Of a DNA stretch of 64,000 bases, positions 56,275-64,000 are shown piece by piece. The notes beneath the pieces were generated by a model. It saw only the letters and a list, made by a program, of their open reading frames with translations. It had not been told where the DNA came from and did not search any database. How positions within the stretch are numbered: the stretch's first letter is position 1; each line of letters starts with the position of its first letter. Source of the stretch: a virus; the IMG/VR virus record IMGVR_UViG_3300035670_000026, positions 64,001 through 128,000 of that record. One strand, written 5' to 3'. Position numbers and translations under genes: made by a program.

Positions 56275-56531
56275 AAACAGAAATCCAAGAAAAATTAATT
56301 GAATTTGCTCAACGTGTTCCTCCTGGTGATCGTTGGCAAGTAATGCATGTTAAGGCTGTTCAAGATGGTTTAACAGAAGCATTAGAAGCTTATTATCAAG
56401 CCGTAGTTATAAAACCTAAAGCATTTCGTTTAGATTTGGTTGATGGAAAACTTTATGGTATCTTCAACAATGAAGTAGAAATTAAAGAACCAGAACCAAA
56501 GAAATATAACATTTATGGTGAACTCGAGTAA
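56271..56531 (+). CDS. Hypothetical protein
   Basis: AAGTT-ATG start; RVPPGDRW. Confidence 0.65.
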   Translation: MKTEIQEKLIEFAQRVPPGDRWQVMHVKAVQDGLTEALEAYYQAVVIKPKAFRLDLVDGKLYGIFNNEVEIKEPEPKKYNIYGELE

Positions 56532-57453
56532 AAAACAACATACATTATGGGTTGAGAAACATCGTTCAGCAACACTGAATGATTATGTGGGGAATGAAAA
56601 TATTAAAAAAACTATTCAACAATACCTAGATCAAAATGACATTCAGCATTTTATTTTCTTTGGCCCAGCTGGCACTGGTAAAACTACTCTTGCTAAGCTC
56701 ATTGTTAATAATCTTGATTGCGATTATCTCTATATTAACGCTTCCGACGAGCGTGGTATTGAAACTATTAGAGATAAAGTACAAGGTTTCGCATCAGTGG
56801 CTTCCTTCAAATCACTCAAAGTTATTATCTTGGATGAAGCAGATTTTCTCACAATCCAAGCGCAAGCATCGCTCCGAAACATAATTGAAACGTTTTCACG
56901 CACAACACGTTTTATTTTAACTTGTAATTTTGTTGAACGTATTATTGATCCTCTTCAATCACGTTGTCAAGTACTTAAAATTGTACCTCCTTCAAAATCT
57001 GATATTGCAAAACACGTTGCTAGTATTTTAGAACAAGAAGAAGTTGAATACGAAATTGATAATTTAAAAATTGTTGTAAATCAGTTTTACCCTGATCTTC
57101 GTAAAATGCTTAACACACTTCAAATGAGTGTTAAGGATAACAAGATTGTAATTGATAAATCAATACTTGTTTCAAATAGTTATATAAATCAGGTATTGAA
57201 AGAATTACAACAAAAATCACCTAACTGGAGAAATATTCGACAAATTATTGCTGATTCAAATTCTAGCGATTTTGACGAGTTATATAAGTTTTTATACGAT
57301 TCAGCAAGTGAATTCGCCCCAGGTAATGAAGGTATGGTAGCTATTTATATAAACGAATATTCTTATCAATCACAATTTCGTATTGATAAAGAAATCAATT
57401 GTATGGCTTTGATTTCACGTTTGATTGAATTAGCTAAACCTAAATTACTATGA
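56515..57453 (+). CDS. Clamp loader AAA+ subunit (gp44/RFC-like)
   Basis: LWVEKHR; GPAGTGKTT; INASDERGI; IILDEAD; LQSRC. Confidence 0.95.
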   Translation: MVNSSKKQHTLWVEKHRSATLNDYVGNENIKKTIQQYLDQNDIQHFIFFGPAGTGKTTLAKLIVNNLDCDYLYINASDERGIETIRDKVQGFASVASFKSLKVIILDEADFLTIQAQASLRNIIETFSRTTRFILTCNFVERIIDPLQSRCQVLKIVPPSKSDIAKHVASILEQEEVEYEIDNLKIVVNQFYPDLRKMLNTLQMSVKDNKIVIDKSILVSNSYINQVLKELQQKSPNWRNIRQIIADSNSSDFDELYKFLYDSASEFAPGNEGMVAIYINEYSYQSQFRIDKEINCMALISRLIELAKPKLL

Positions 57454-57854
57454 TGACTCTTCTAGCAACACATCCCGTTAAAAAATCTGACTTAGGTTTT
57501 CACGGAAATTTATTTGGAGGAAAATTAATGGCTTGGATTGATGCTGCAGCTGCTGCTTATGCAATGGAAGTTTGTCATAATCGTAGAATGGTTACAATTT
57601 CAATTGAGCAATGCATCTTTAAAAAACCAGCTAAAGAAGGATCGTTAGTTAAAATTTATGGTGAAGTAACAAAAATAGGAAACACTTCAATTGCTTTAAA
57701 TCTTGAAGCTAGATCATATAATGTATACACATCTGAAGAATTAGTAGTTTTACATACAGGAATTACATTTGTTAGAATAGATGAAGATGGATCCCCAATT
57801 CCTATTTCAGAACAAGTAAAAAATAAATATAAAATTCCAACATCAAAGTTATGA
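57450..57854 (+). CDS. Hot-dog fold acyl-CoA thioesterase
   Basis: HGNLFGGKLMAWID.AA; VT.S; FKKP; GNTSI; TFVRID. Confidence 0.88.
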   Translation: MMTLLATHPVKKSDLGFHGNLFGGKLMAWIDAAAAAYAMEVCHNRRMVTISIEQCIFKKPAKEGSLVKIYGEVTKIGNTSIALNLEARSYNVYTSEELVVLHTGITFVRIDEDGSPIPISEQVKNKYKIPTSKL

Positions 57855-58063
57855 AACATTTTATAGTATATCTTTTAACTTGGATATCCAGTAACTTGTC
57901 CGTACCTTTTTGGATGATAGGACATGTTCATTTAACTATGAATGTATACCAAGACATACATGAAATCCTTATGTCATTTGGTATGAATATTATTGTAGCA
58001 ATAGGATTTTACTTAGATTATAAAAAATATAAAAATGAGCAAACAACAACAAATGAATCTTAA
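57851..58063 (+). CDS. Hypothetical membrane protein
   Basis: Two hydrophobic segments; AAGTT-ATG start. Confidence 0.65.
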   Translation: MKHFIVYLLTWISSNLSVPFWMIGHVHLTMNVYQDIHEILMSFGMNIIVAIGFYLDYKKYKNEQTTTNES

Positions 58064-58280
58064 TATTGATATTAAGAACACTCGCCCTGTATTGTCACCT
58101 GAAGGCAATGCTGTATTTCAAGAAGGTGTAATCCTTCGTAAAGTATCTCGTTTTGTAACTGGTACTTCTGAAGATGGAATTATCCCAGTACCATGTTTCT
58201 TTGATGTAGTTACAGGTAAAGTATTAGTAGAATTGCTTCCTAAGGAATTAAGAGAAGAATTTGAAAATGACAATATTTGA
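58035..58280 (+). CDS. Hypothetical protein
   Basis: VFQEGVILRKVSRFVTGT...LLPKELR. Confidence 0.65.
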   Translation: MSKQQQMNLNIDIKNTRPVLSPEGNAVFQEGVILRKVSRFVTGTSEDGIIPVPCFFDVVTGKVLVELLPKELREEFENDNI

Positions 58281-58689
58281 TTGGTTAAATCAAATCACCT
58301 ACGATAAAAAATCTTGGGAAGATTTCACAGAAGATCAACAAGAATCGTTCAATTCTTACATGGTTCATAGATTTTTAAGTATGTATGAGGGATATATTGA
58401 TATAACAAATGTCGTCCAAAAATTCCCTCTTACTGAAAAAAAATTAATTTATAACACTTATCGCTCCATGATTCCCAAGAAAAAAATCTTCCTTAAGTAT
58501 GTAAAAAATCAAAAGAAAAACACTTACGATAACCTATTAAAATATGTAGCTGACTATTATCAATGTAGTCTAGGAGAAGCAGAAGAATATATTGATATTA
58601 TTCGTGAAGCTGGTGTAAGAGGTATACTTTGGGAAATGGGAATAAACGAAAAAGAAACTGAAAAATTAATTAAACAAGCAAAGTTATGA
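58267..58689 (+). CDS. Clamp loader small subunit (gp62-like)
   Basis: IFDWLNQI...FNSYMVHRFLS...IPKKKIFLKY...YYQCS..EAEEYI pattern; close to gp44. Confidence 0.7.
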   Translation: MTIFDWLNQITYDKKSWEDFTEDQQESFNSYMVHRFLSMYEGYIDITNVVQKFPLTEKKLIYNTYRSMIPKKKIFLKYVKNQKKNTYDNLLKYVADYYQCSLGEAEEYIDIIREAGVRGILWEMGINEKETEKLIKQAKL

Positions 58690-58910
58690 ATATGAGAAAT
58701 ACAATCCTATCAGCAGTATACAAACATGCTGAAGGACACATCGCAAAACACAAAGCGAATATTGAAGTTTATCTCCACCAACCAGTTGGAATCGGAGAAC
58801 ATTCAGATATTATTGAAGCAATAGAAATTGAACTTAAAGCTATTGCTGAATATCAAGATCAGATTGAAATTTTAAATTTATATTTTCCATTAGACAAAAA
58901 AATTATTTAA
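58686..58910 (+). CDS. Hypothetical phage protein
   Basis: KHKANIEVYLHQPVGIGEHSDI. Confidence 0.7.
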   Translation: MNMRNTILSAVYKHAEGHIAKHKANIEVYLHQPVGIGEHSDIIEAIEIELKAIAEYQDQIEILNLYFPLDKKII

Positions 58911-58913
58911 GTT

Positions 58914-59288
58914 ATGACTACTAAAAAAGATCACGATCACACAGGAGGCAGTAAAGCTGTTGCTGATTTTGAAAAAACATACCCAACACTAGCACAAGCT
59001 TGGAAAGAAACCCAAGATGAACAATATATTTTGTTTGCTAGAAAAATGATGGATTATGGACTTTCAAATATTGCTTTAGGTACAAATCTAGAAGAACCAG
59101 AAGATATTGAGTTATCTCTAACAGGGATTTGGCTTCGTGTTAATGATAAAATCAATCGTTTAAAAAATTTACTAAAACGTAAAGGAAAAAATTACGTTGA
59201 AGATGAACCAATGATTGATAGCTTTCTTGATATTGCTAATTATGGTATTATTGCTATGTTAGTAATGAAAGGTAAGTGGAAAAAATAA
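58914..59288 (+). CDS. Nucleotide-modification-associated domain protein (Nmad1/DUF1599-like)
   Basis: KMMDYG; RVNDKINRLKNL; DSFLDIANYGII. Confidence 0.7.
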   Translation: MTTKKDHDHTGGSKAVADFEKTYPTLAQAWKETQDEQYILFARKMMDYGLSNIALGTNLEEPEDIELSLTGIWLRVNDKINRLKNLLKRKGKNYVEDEPMIDSFLDIANYGIIAMLVMKGKWKK

Positions 59289-59292
59289 AGTT

Positions 59293-60246
59293 TTGGCTAA
59301 AAAGAAAAAAGTCCCTCAAATTGTAAAGCAGATTAAGAATCAACCTTTACGAGAAATGAATTATGCCTTTGAAAAGGCGATTTCATATAGCCAATTTTCT
59401 GTATTTCAATCGTGTCCACGTAAATGGGCTTTACAATATAGAGATGGTTTTTACACGTCTGAATCATCAATTCACATGACTTTCGGTACGGCATTACACG
59501 AAACTTTACAACATTATATAACAACTATATACGAAGTTAGTGGTGCTGCTGCTGATAGAATTGATTTAAAAGAATATTTTGAAGAACGATTTAGAGAAAC
59601 TTATCTAAAAGATTACAAATCTAATAAAAATACCCACTTTAGCAATTCAGTCGAAATGAATGAATTTTTTGAAGATGGATTAGCTATTTTAGATTTTGTA
59701 AAGAAAAAACGAAGCGGTTATTTTGGTAAAAGAGGTTGGCACTTAGTAGGATGTGAATTACCACTTGTAGTTACTCCAAATCCTAAATATTCAAATATTT
59801 TATATAAAGGTTATTTAGATGTTGTTTTATACAATGAAACTCTAAATAAAATAAAAATTCTAGATATTAAAACCTCAACTAGAGGATGGACTGATAAAGA
59901 AAAAAAAGATGAAATAAAACAATTTCAACTTGTTCTTTATAAAAAATTCTTTAGCCAACAATTTAACATTCCCATTGAAGATATTGATGTAGAGTTCTTT
60001 ATTGTACGAAGAAAAATTTGGGAAAACTCAGAATTTAATATTGGTAGGATACAAGAATTTAAACCAGCTTCAGGTAAAGTAAAATTAAACAAAGCATATA
60101 ATGCTATTAATGAGTTTATAGGAGAAGCATTTAATACAGACGGTTCTCACAATTCTAGAAACCATCAACCACAACCCTCAGCTTATAATTGTAGATTTTG
60201 TCCTTTTAAAGATAATAAAGAACTTTGTGATAAAGAAGTGTTTTAG
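59293..60246 (+). CDS. PD-(D/E)XK exonuclease, Cas4/RecB-like with Cys cluster
   Basis: ISYSQ...CPRKW; FGTALHE; GYLDVV; ILDIKTS; QLVLY; CRFCPF...C; TTG start preceded by AAGTT. Confidence 0.85.
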   Translation: MAKKKKVPQIVKQIKNQPLREMNYAFEKAISYSQFSVFQSCPRKWALQYRDGFYTSESSIHMTFGTALHETLQHYITTIYEVSGAAADRIDLKEYFEERFRETYLKDYKSNKNTHFSNSVEMNEFFEDGLAILDFVKKKRSGYFGKRGWHLVGCELPLVVTPNPKYSNILYKGYLDVVLYNETLNKIKILDIKTSTRGWTDKEKKDEIKQFQLVLYKKFFSQQFNIPIEDIDVEFFIVRRKIWENSEFNIGRIQEFKPASGKVKLNKAYNAINEFIGEAFNTDGSHNSRNHQPQPSAYNCRFCPFKDNKELCDKEVF

Positions 60247-60291
60247 AAGAATCCTAATATATTTATATACGATAATTAATTAATAAAAGCT

Positions 60292-60477
60292 ATGGAAAAA
60301 AAAGATATGACGTTAACAAGCGTAAAAGTTAAAAGCGACTTGTTTGACAACTTTAAAATTGCTTGTGTTAAGTATAAATTTTCTCTACAAAAACTTGCTG
60401 ATCGCACTATTCATTTGTATCTTACTGATGAAGATTTTAGAAAAAAAGTACACAACCACAACAATTTAGACATTTAA
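60292..60477 (+). CDS. Small putative DNA-binding (ribbon-helix-helix-like) protein
   Basis: LTSVKV strand followed by two short helices; ATATTTATA upstream. Confidence 0.5.
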   Translation: MEKKDMTLTSVKVKSDLFDNFKIACVKYKFSLQKLADRTIHLYLTDEDFRKKVHNHNNLDI

Positions 60478-60497
60478 TAAAAATTTAAAAAAGTTAT

Positions 60498-61943
60498 ATG
60501 AACAATAGTTTTGCTTATCTGCCACCAGAGCAGCGTAAAAAAATTTTACTTATTACAGACGATATCAGAGCACACTCAGGCGTAGCTACTGTTTCTAGGG
60601 AAATTGTAATTCACACCGCCCATCACTTTAATTGGGTAAATGTTGGAGGTTCTATTAAACATCCAGATGCTGGTAAACGATTTGATTTATCTCAATCAAC
60701 CAATGAACAACTTGGAATTACTGATTCTTCAGTAATTGTATATCCTGTTCACGAATATGGAGGACCAGATTTAATCCGTCAACTTATTGATATTGAAAAA
60801 CCAGATGCTATAATGTTGGTTACAGACCCACGTTATTTTGTTTGGTTATTCATGATGGAAAATGAAATCCGTAAAAATATTCCTATTACTTATCTTAACA
60901 TTTGGGATGATTATCCAGCACCTTTGTATAATAAAGCATTTTATGAAGCGTGTGATTTGTTGATGGGTATCTCTAAACAAACTGTAAATATTAATCAAAT
61001 TGTTTTAGGGAATAAATCGAAAAATAAAATTTTACGTTATGTTCCTCATGGTTTGAATAGTGATATTATGTCTCCCATTACTTCTGAAAATACAGAAAAA
61101 TGGAATCATTTACAGGAATTTAAGAAAAATTTGTTTGGTGGTAAAGAATATGATTTTGTTTTATTTTTTAATTCTAGAAATATTCGCCGTAAACAAATTC
61201 CTGATACAATGTTAGCTTACAAGTACTTTATTGATAAATTACCTGTTGAAAAAGCTAAAAAATGTGCTTTAGTTCTTCATACCGAATTAGTAACAGAACA
61301 TGGAACGGATTTGTTAGCCATTCAAGAATTATTCTTAAATGGAGATCAGTATAATGTAATTTTTACTAATAAAGTATTTAACACATACGAAATGAGTTTA
61401 CTTTATAATAGTACTGATTGTCAAATTCTTTTAACATCTAATGAGGGTTGGGGATTAAGCATTACAGAAGCTATTTTATGTGGTAATCCAATAATTGCTA
61501 ATGTAACAGGAGGTATGCAAGACCAAATGCGTTTTGAAGATGAAGAAGGTAATTGGTTTACTCCATCACCTGAAATTCCTTCAAACCATACTGGACGATA
61601 TAAAAAACATGGTAAATGGGCTTTCCCAGTATTCCCTACTAATCGTTCAATTCAGGGTTCTCCTCAAACACCTTATATTTGGGATGATAGATGCCGATCC
61701 GAAGATGCAGCTGAACAAATTATGAATGTTTATAATTTAGGAAGCAAAGACAGAAAAGAAGCTGGTTTGGCTGGTCGTGAATGGGCTTTAAACGAAGCCG
61801 GATTTACCATGACTAAACAAGCTGAAAGAGTTATTGAAGCATTTGATACTTTATTTGAAAATTGGACTCCAAGAGAAAAATTTGAGTTCATTAATGTAAA
61901 TGAAGTAGAAGATAGAATTGTTAAACACGAATTGTTATATTAA
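60498..61943 (+). CDS. GT4-like glycosyltransferase
   Basis: DDIRAHSGVA; YVPHG; RNIRRKQ; SNEGWGLSITEAILCGNPIIANVTGG. Confidence 0.88.
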   Translation: MNNSFAYLPPEQRKKILLITDDIRAHSGVATVSREIVIHTAHHFNWVNVGGSIKHPDAGKRFDLSQSTNEQLGITDSSVIVYPVHEYGGPDLIRQLIDIEKPDAIMLVTDPRYFVWLFMMENEIRKNIPITYLNIWDDYPAPLYNKAFYEACDLLMGISKQTVNINQIVLGNKSKNKILRYVPHGLNSDIMSPITSENTEKWNHLQEFKKNLFGGKEYDFVLFFNSRNIRRKQIPDTMLAYKYFIDKLPVEKAKKCALVLHTELVTEHGTDLLAIQELFLNGDQYNVIFTNKVFNTYEMSLLYNSTDCQILLTSNEGWGLSITEAILCGNPIIANVTGGMQDQMRFEDEEGNWFTPSPEIPSNHTGRYKKHGKWAFPVFPTNRSIQGSPQTPYIWDDRCRSEDAAEQIMNVYNLGSKDRKEAGLAGREWALNEAGFTMTKQAERVIEAFDTLFENWTPREKFEFINVNEVEDRIVKHELLY

Positions 61944-61944
61944 T

Positions 61945-63237
61945 ATGAAACCGTTATTTGTAATAAGTTCTCCTTTCGACACATACAGTGGTTATGGTGC
62001 TCGTTCTAGAGATTTGATTAAAGCTATTGTCGAAACTGACAAATATAATGTAAGACTACTATCTCAGAGATGGGGTATTACACCATTTGGATTTTGTAAA
62101 GATAATCCTGAATGGAAGTTCCTTTATGATTTAACATTACCAAACAATCAACTTCCCAAACAACCAGAAATTTGGGCTCAAGTAACCATCCCAAATGAAT
62201 TCCAACCTGTTGGAAAATACAATATTGGATTTACTGCTGGTATTGAAACTACGTTGTGTGCTGGAGATTGGATTGAAGGAATGAATAGAATGGATATCAA
62301 CTTTGTATCCTCAGAACATTCGAAAAAAGTATTCCAAGAAACAACTTTTGAAAAAAGAAATAAACATACTAATGCTTTAGAAGGTAATGTTAAATTAGAA
62401 AAACCTATTGAAGTATTATTTGAAGGAGCAAATATTAATATCTACAAACCAGATGATAGACCTTGTTTAATTGATTTTAATATTCCTGAAAAATTTGCTT
62501 ATTTATTTGTTGGTCATTGGATTAATGGAGATTTAGGTGAAGATCGAAAAAATGTAGGTTTGTTAATTAAAGCGTTTTATGAAACATTTAAAAACAAAAC
62601 TAACAAACCAGCACTTATTTTAAAAACATCTCAAGCTGGTTCTTCATATGTTGACAGAGAAGAAATTCTTAAAAAAATTAGACAAATCCGTAAAACAGTA
62701 AATTCTAAAAATCTTCCTAATGTTTATTTACTTCATGGTGAATTTACAGATGAAGAAATGAATTCACTTTATAACCATTCTAAGGTAAAAGCGATGATTA
62801 GTTTAACTAAAGGTGAAGGTTTTGGACGCCCATTACTTGAATTTACTTTAAATAAAAAACCATTAATTACTACAGGTTGGTCGGGACAAATGGATTTTCT
62901 TAATCCTGAATTTACTACTTTGATTGGAGGTCAATTAACTAATGTTCATCCAAGTTCTGTTAATCAATGGTTGTTAGCTGAAAGCCAATGGTTATCTCCC
63001 GACCACGGACAAATTGGACATTTCTTAAAAGATGTTTTTGAAAACTATAAAAACTATACTGATGGAGCTAAACGTCAAGCATTTTATAGCAAAACAAACT
63101 TTAGTTGGGATAAAATGAAGGAAAAATTAGCTGATTTTTTAACAAAAAATGTTCCTGAATTTCCTGCTGAAGTAAAATTAAAAATGCCTTCAATGAAAAA
63201 AATTGAATTACCTAAATTAGAAAAAATAAATGGATAA
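61945..63237 (+). CDS. GT4-like glycosyltransferase
   Basis: SGYGARSRD; FVGHW...DRKNVG; KGEGFGRPLLEF...TGWSG. Start reassigned to ATG at 61945. Confidence 0.88.
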   Translation: MKPLFVISSPFDTYSGYGARSRDLIKAIVETDKYNVRLLSQRWGITPFGFCKDNPEWKFLYDLTLPNNQLPKQPEIWAQVTIPNEFQPVGKYNIGFTAGIETTLCAGDWIEGMNRMDINFVSSEHSKKVFQETTFEKRNKHTNALEGNVKLEKPIEVLFEGANINIYKPDDRPCLIDFNIPEKFAYLFVGHWINGDLGEDRKNVGLLIKAFYETFKNKTNKPALILKTSQAGSSYVDREEILKKIRQIRKTVNSKNLPNVYLLHGEFTDEEMNSLYNHSKVKAMISLTKGEGFGRPLLEFTLNKKPLITTGWSGQMDFLNPEFTTLIGGQLTNVHPSSVNQWLLAESQWLSPDHGQIGHFLKDVFENYKNYTDGAKRQAFYSKTNFSWDKMKEKLADFLTKNVPEFPAEVKLKMPSMKKIELPKLEKING

Positions 63238-63685
63238 CCTAATTAATTGCACTCGTTGTGGTTCTGATGCTTGTTATATAGATGAAGTAAATCAGGATAT
63301 TAAAACTTATTTTTGTTATGGATGCGGTTTTCAAACTAATTCATTAATGAAAGTAGGAGAATCATTTTATGAAGAACAAATAAATATTTTACCTGAACTC
63401 TATAAAGACTTAATGGTTGAAGACCAAGATGGTAAAATTTGGATGCCCTCAACTATAAATTTACCTCAACAAGGTATGATTTTTGCTAATGGGTCTGATT
63501 CAAGAAATTGGGGATGGTCAGCAGTAAAAGCTGTTCCTGTTAGTGAAGAAGAAAAAGAAAAATATCCTATTCCTGGTAAAAAAGGAGAATTTTATGAATG
63601 GAGAATGGATATGACTACTATAAAAAACTTTGTTGAACGTGATTTTATAGATGCTCTTTCGTACATTGGAGTTTTACCGGAATAA
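63230..63685 (+). CDS. Zinc-ribbon hypothetical protein
   Basis: CTRC...C and CYGCGF motifs. Confidence 0.65.
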   Translation: MDNLINCTRCGSDACYIDEVNQDIKTYFCYGCGFQTNSLMKVGESFYEEQINILPELYKDLMVEDQDGKIWMPSTINLPQQGMIFANGSDSRNWGWSAVKAVPVSEEEKEKYPIPGKKGEFYEWRMDMTTIKNFVERDFIDALSYIGVLPE

Positions 63686-63696
63686 AATATAATAAT

Positions 63697-64000
63697 ATGA
63701 AAAAAATATGGTACGCCCCTTATAAATTTGAATCTTATGGGGAAGAAGAAATCAAAGCTGTAGAAGAATCACTCCGTTCAGGATGGTTAGGTGGACAAGG
63801 TCCTAAATCAGTTGAATTTGAAGAAAAAATTGCTAAGCGATTTGGTAAAAAATATGGTATATTTGTCAACTCAGGTTCATCTGCATGTTTATTAGCTATT
63901 GCTGCTTTAAATTTACCTAAAGGGTGTAAAATTATTACTCCATCCTGTACATTTTCAACAACATTAGCTCCTATCCTTCAACTTGGTTACAAACCAGTAT
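63697..64000 (+). CDS. DegT/DnrJ/RfbH-family PLP-dependent sugar enzyme, 3'-truncated by the window edge
   Basis: Hand translation: MKKIWYAPYKFESYGEEEIKAVEESLRSGWL...FEEKIAKRFGKKYGIFVNSGSSA...ITPSCTFSTTLAPILQLGYKPV. Confidence 0.88.
   Translation, partial: MKKIWYAPYKFESYGEEEIKAVEESLRSGWLGGQGPKSVEFEEKIAKRFGKKYGIFVNSGSSACLLAIAALNLPKGCKIITPSCTFSTTLAPILQLGYKPV

Overview
This window is part of a large, AT-rich, lytic myovirus genome with T4-like organisation; almost every gene is on the + strand. The host is probably a Bacteroidota, inferred from the absence of Shine-Dalgarno sites and a TTTG-type upstream promoter element. From left to right: (1) neck and tail-completion genes; (2) two giant Gly-Thr-Ser repeat fibre-like proteins (2568 and 1142 aa), followed directly by two GT4 glycosyltransferases, an FkbM methyltransferase and a TibC/Aah-type protein O-glycosyltransferase; (3) a contractile tail module (sheath, tube, chaperone with a likely +1 frameshift, tape measure, baseplate); (4) a replication module (divergent family A polymerase, SSB, UvsX, 5'-3' exonuclease, helicase, NrdBA); (5) an early/accessory region with a 7-deazaguanine DNA-modification set (DpdA-like, QueC, QueD, QueE, FolE), HPRT, a MazG-like enzyme, an Acb1-like 2H phosphoesterase and a DIP1984-like gene followed by a structured non-coding RNA; (6) PolB, clamp and clamp loader, Hsp20/GroES/GroEL and a Cas4-like nuclease; (7) the start of a second sugar-modification locus. 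Two promoter classes can be read directly from the sequence: TTGG-N19-TATATT (10 copies) and ATATTTATA (10 copies near starts). The strongest candidates for undescribed systems are phage-encoded O-glycosylation of giant Ser/Thr fibres and a promoter-bounded coiled-coil protein plus ncRNA cassette. All family assignments come from motif recognition by eye; no database searches were run.
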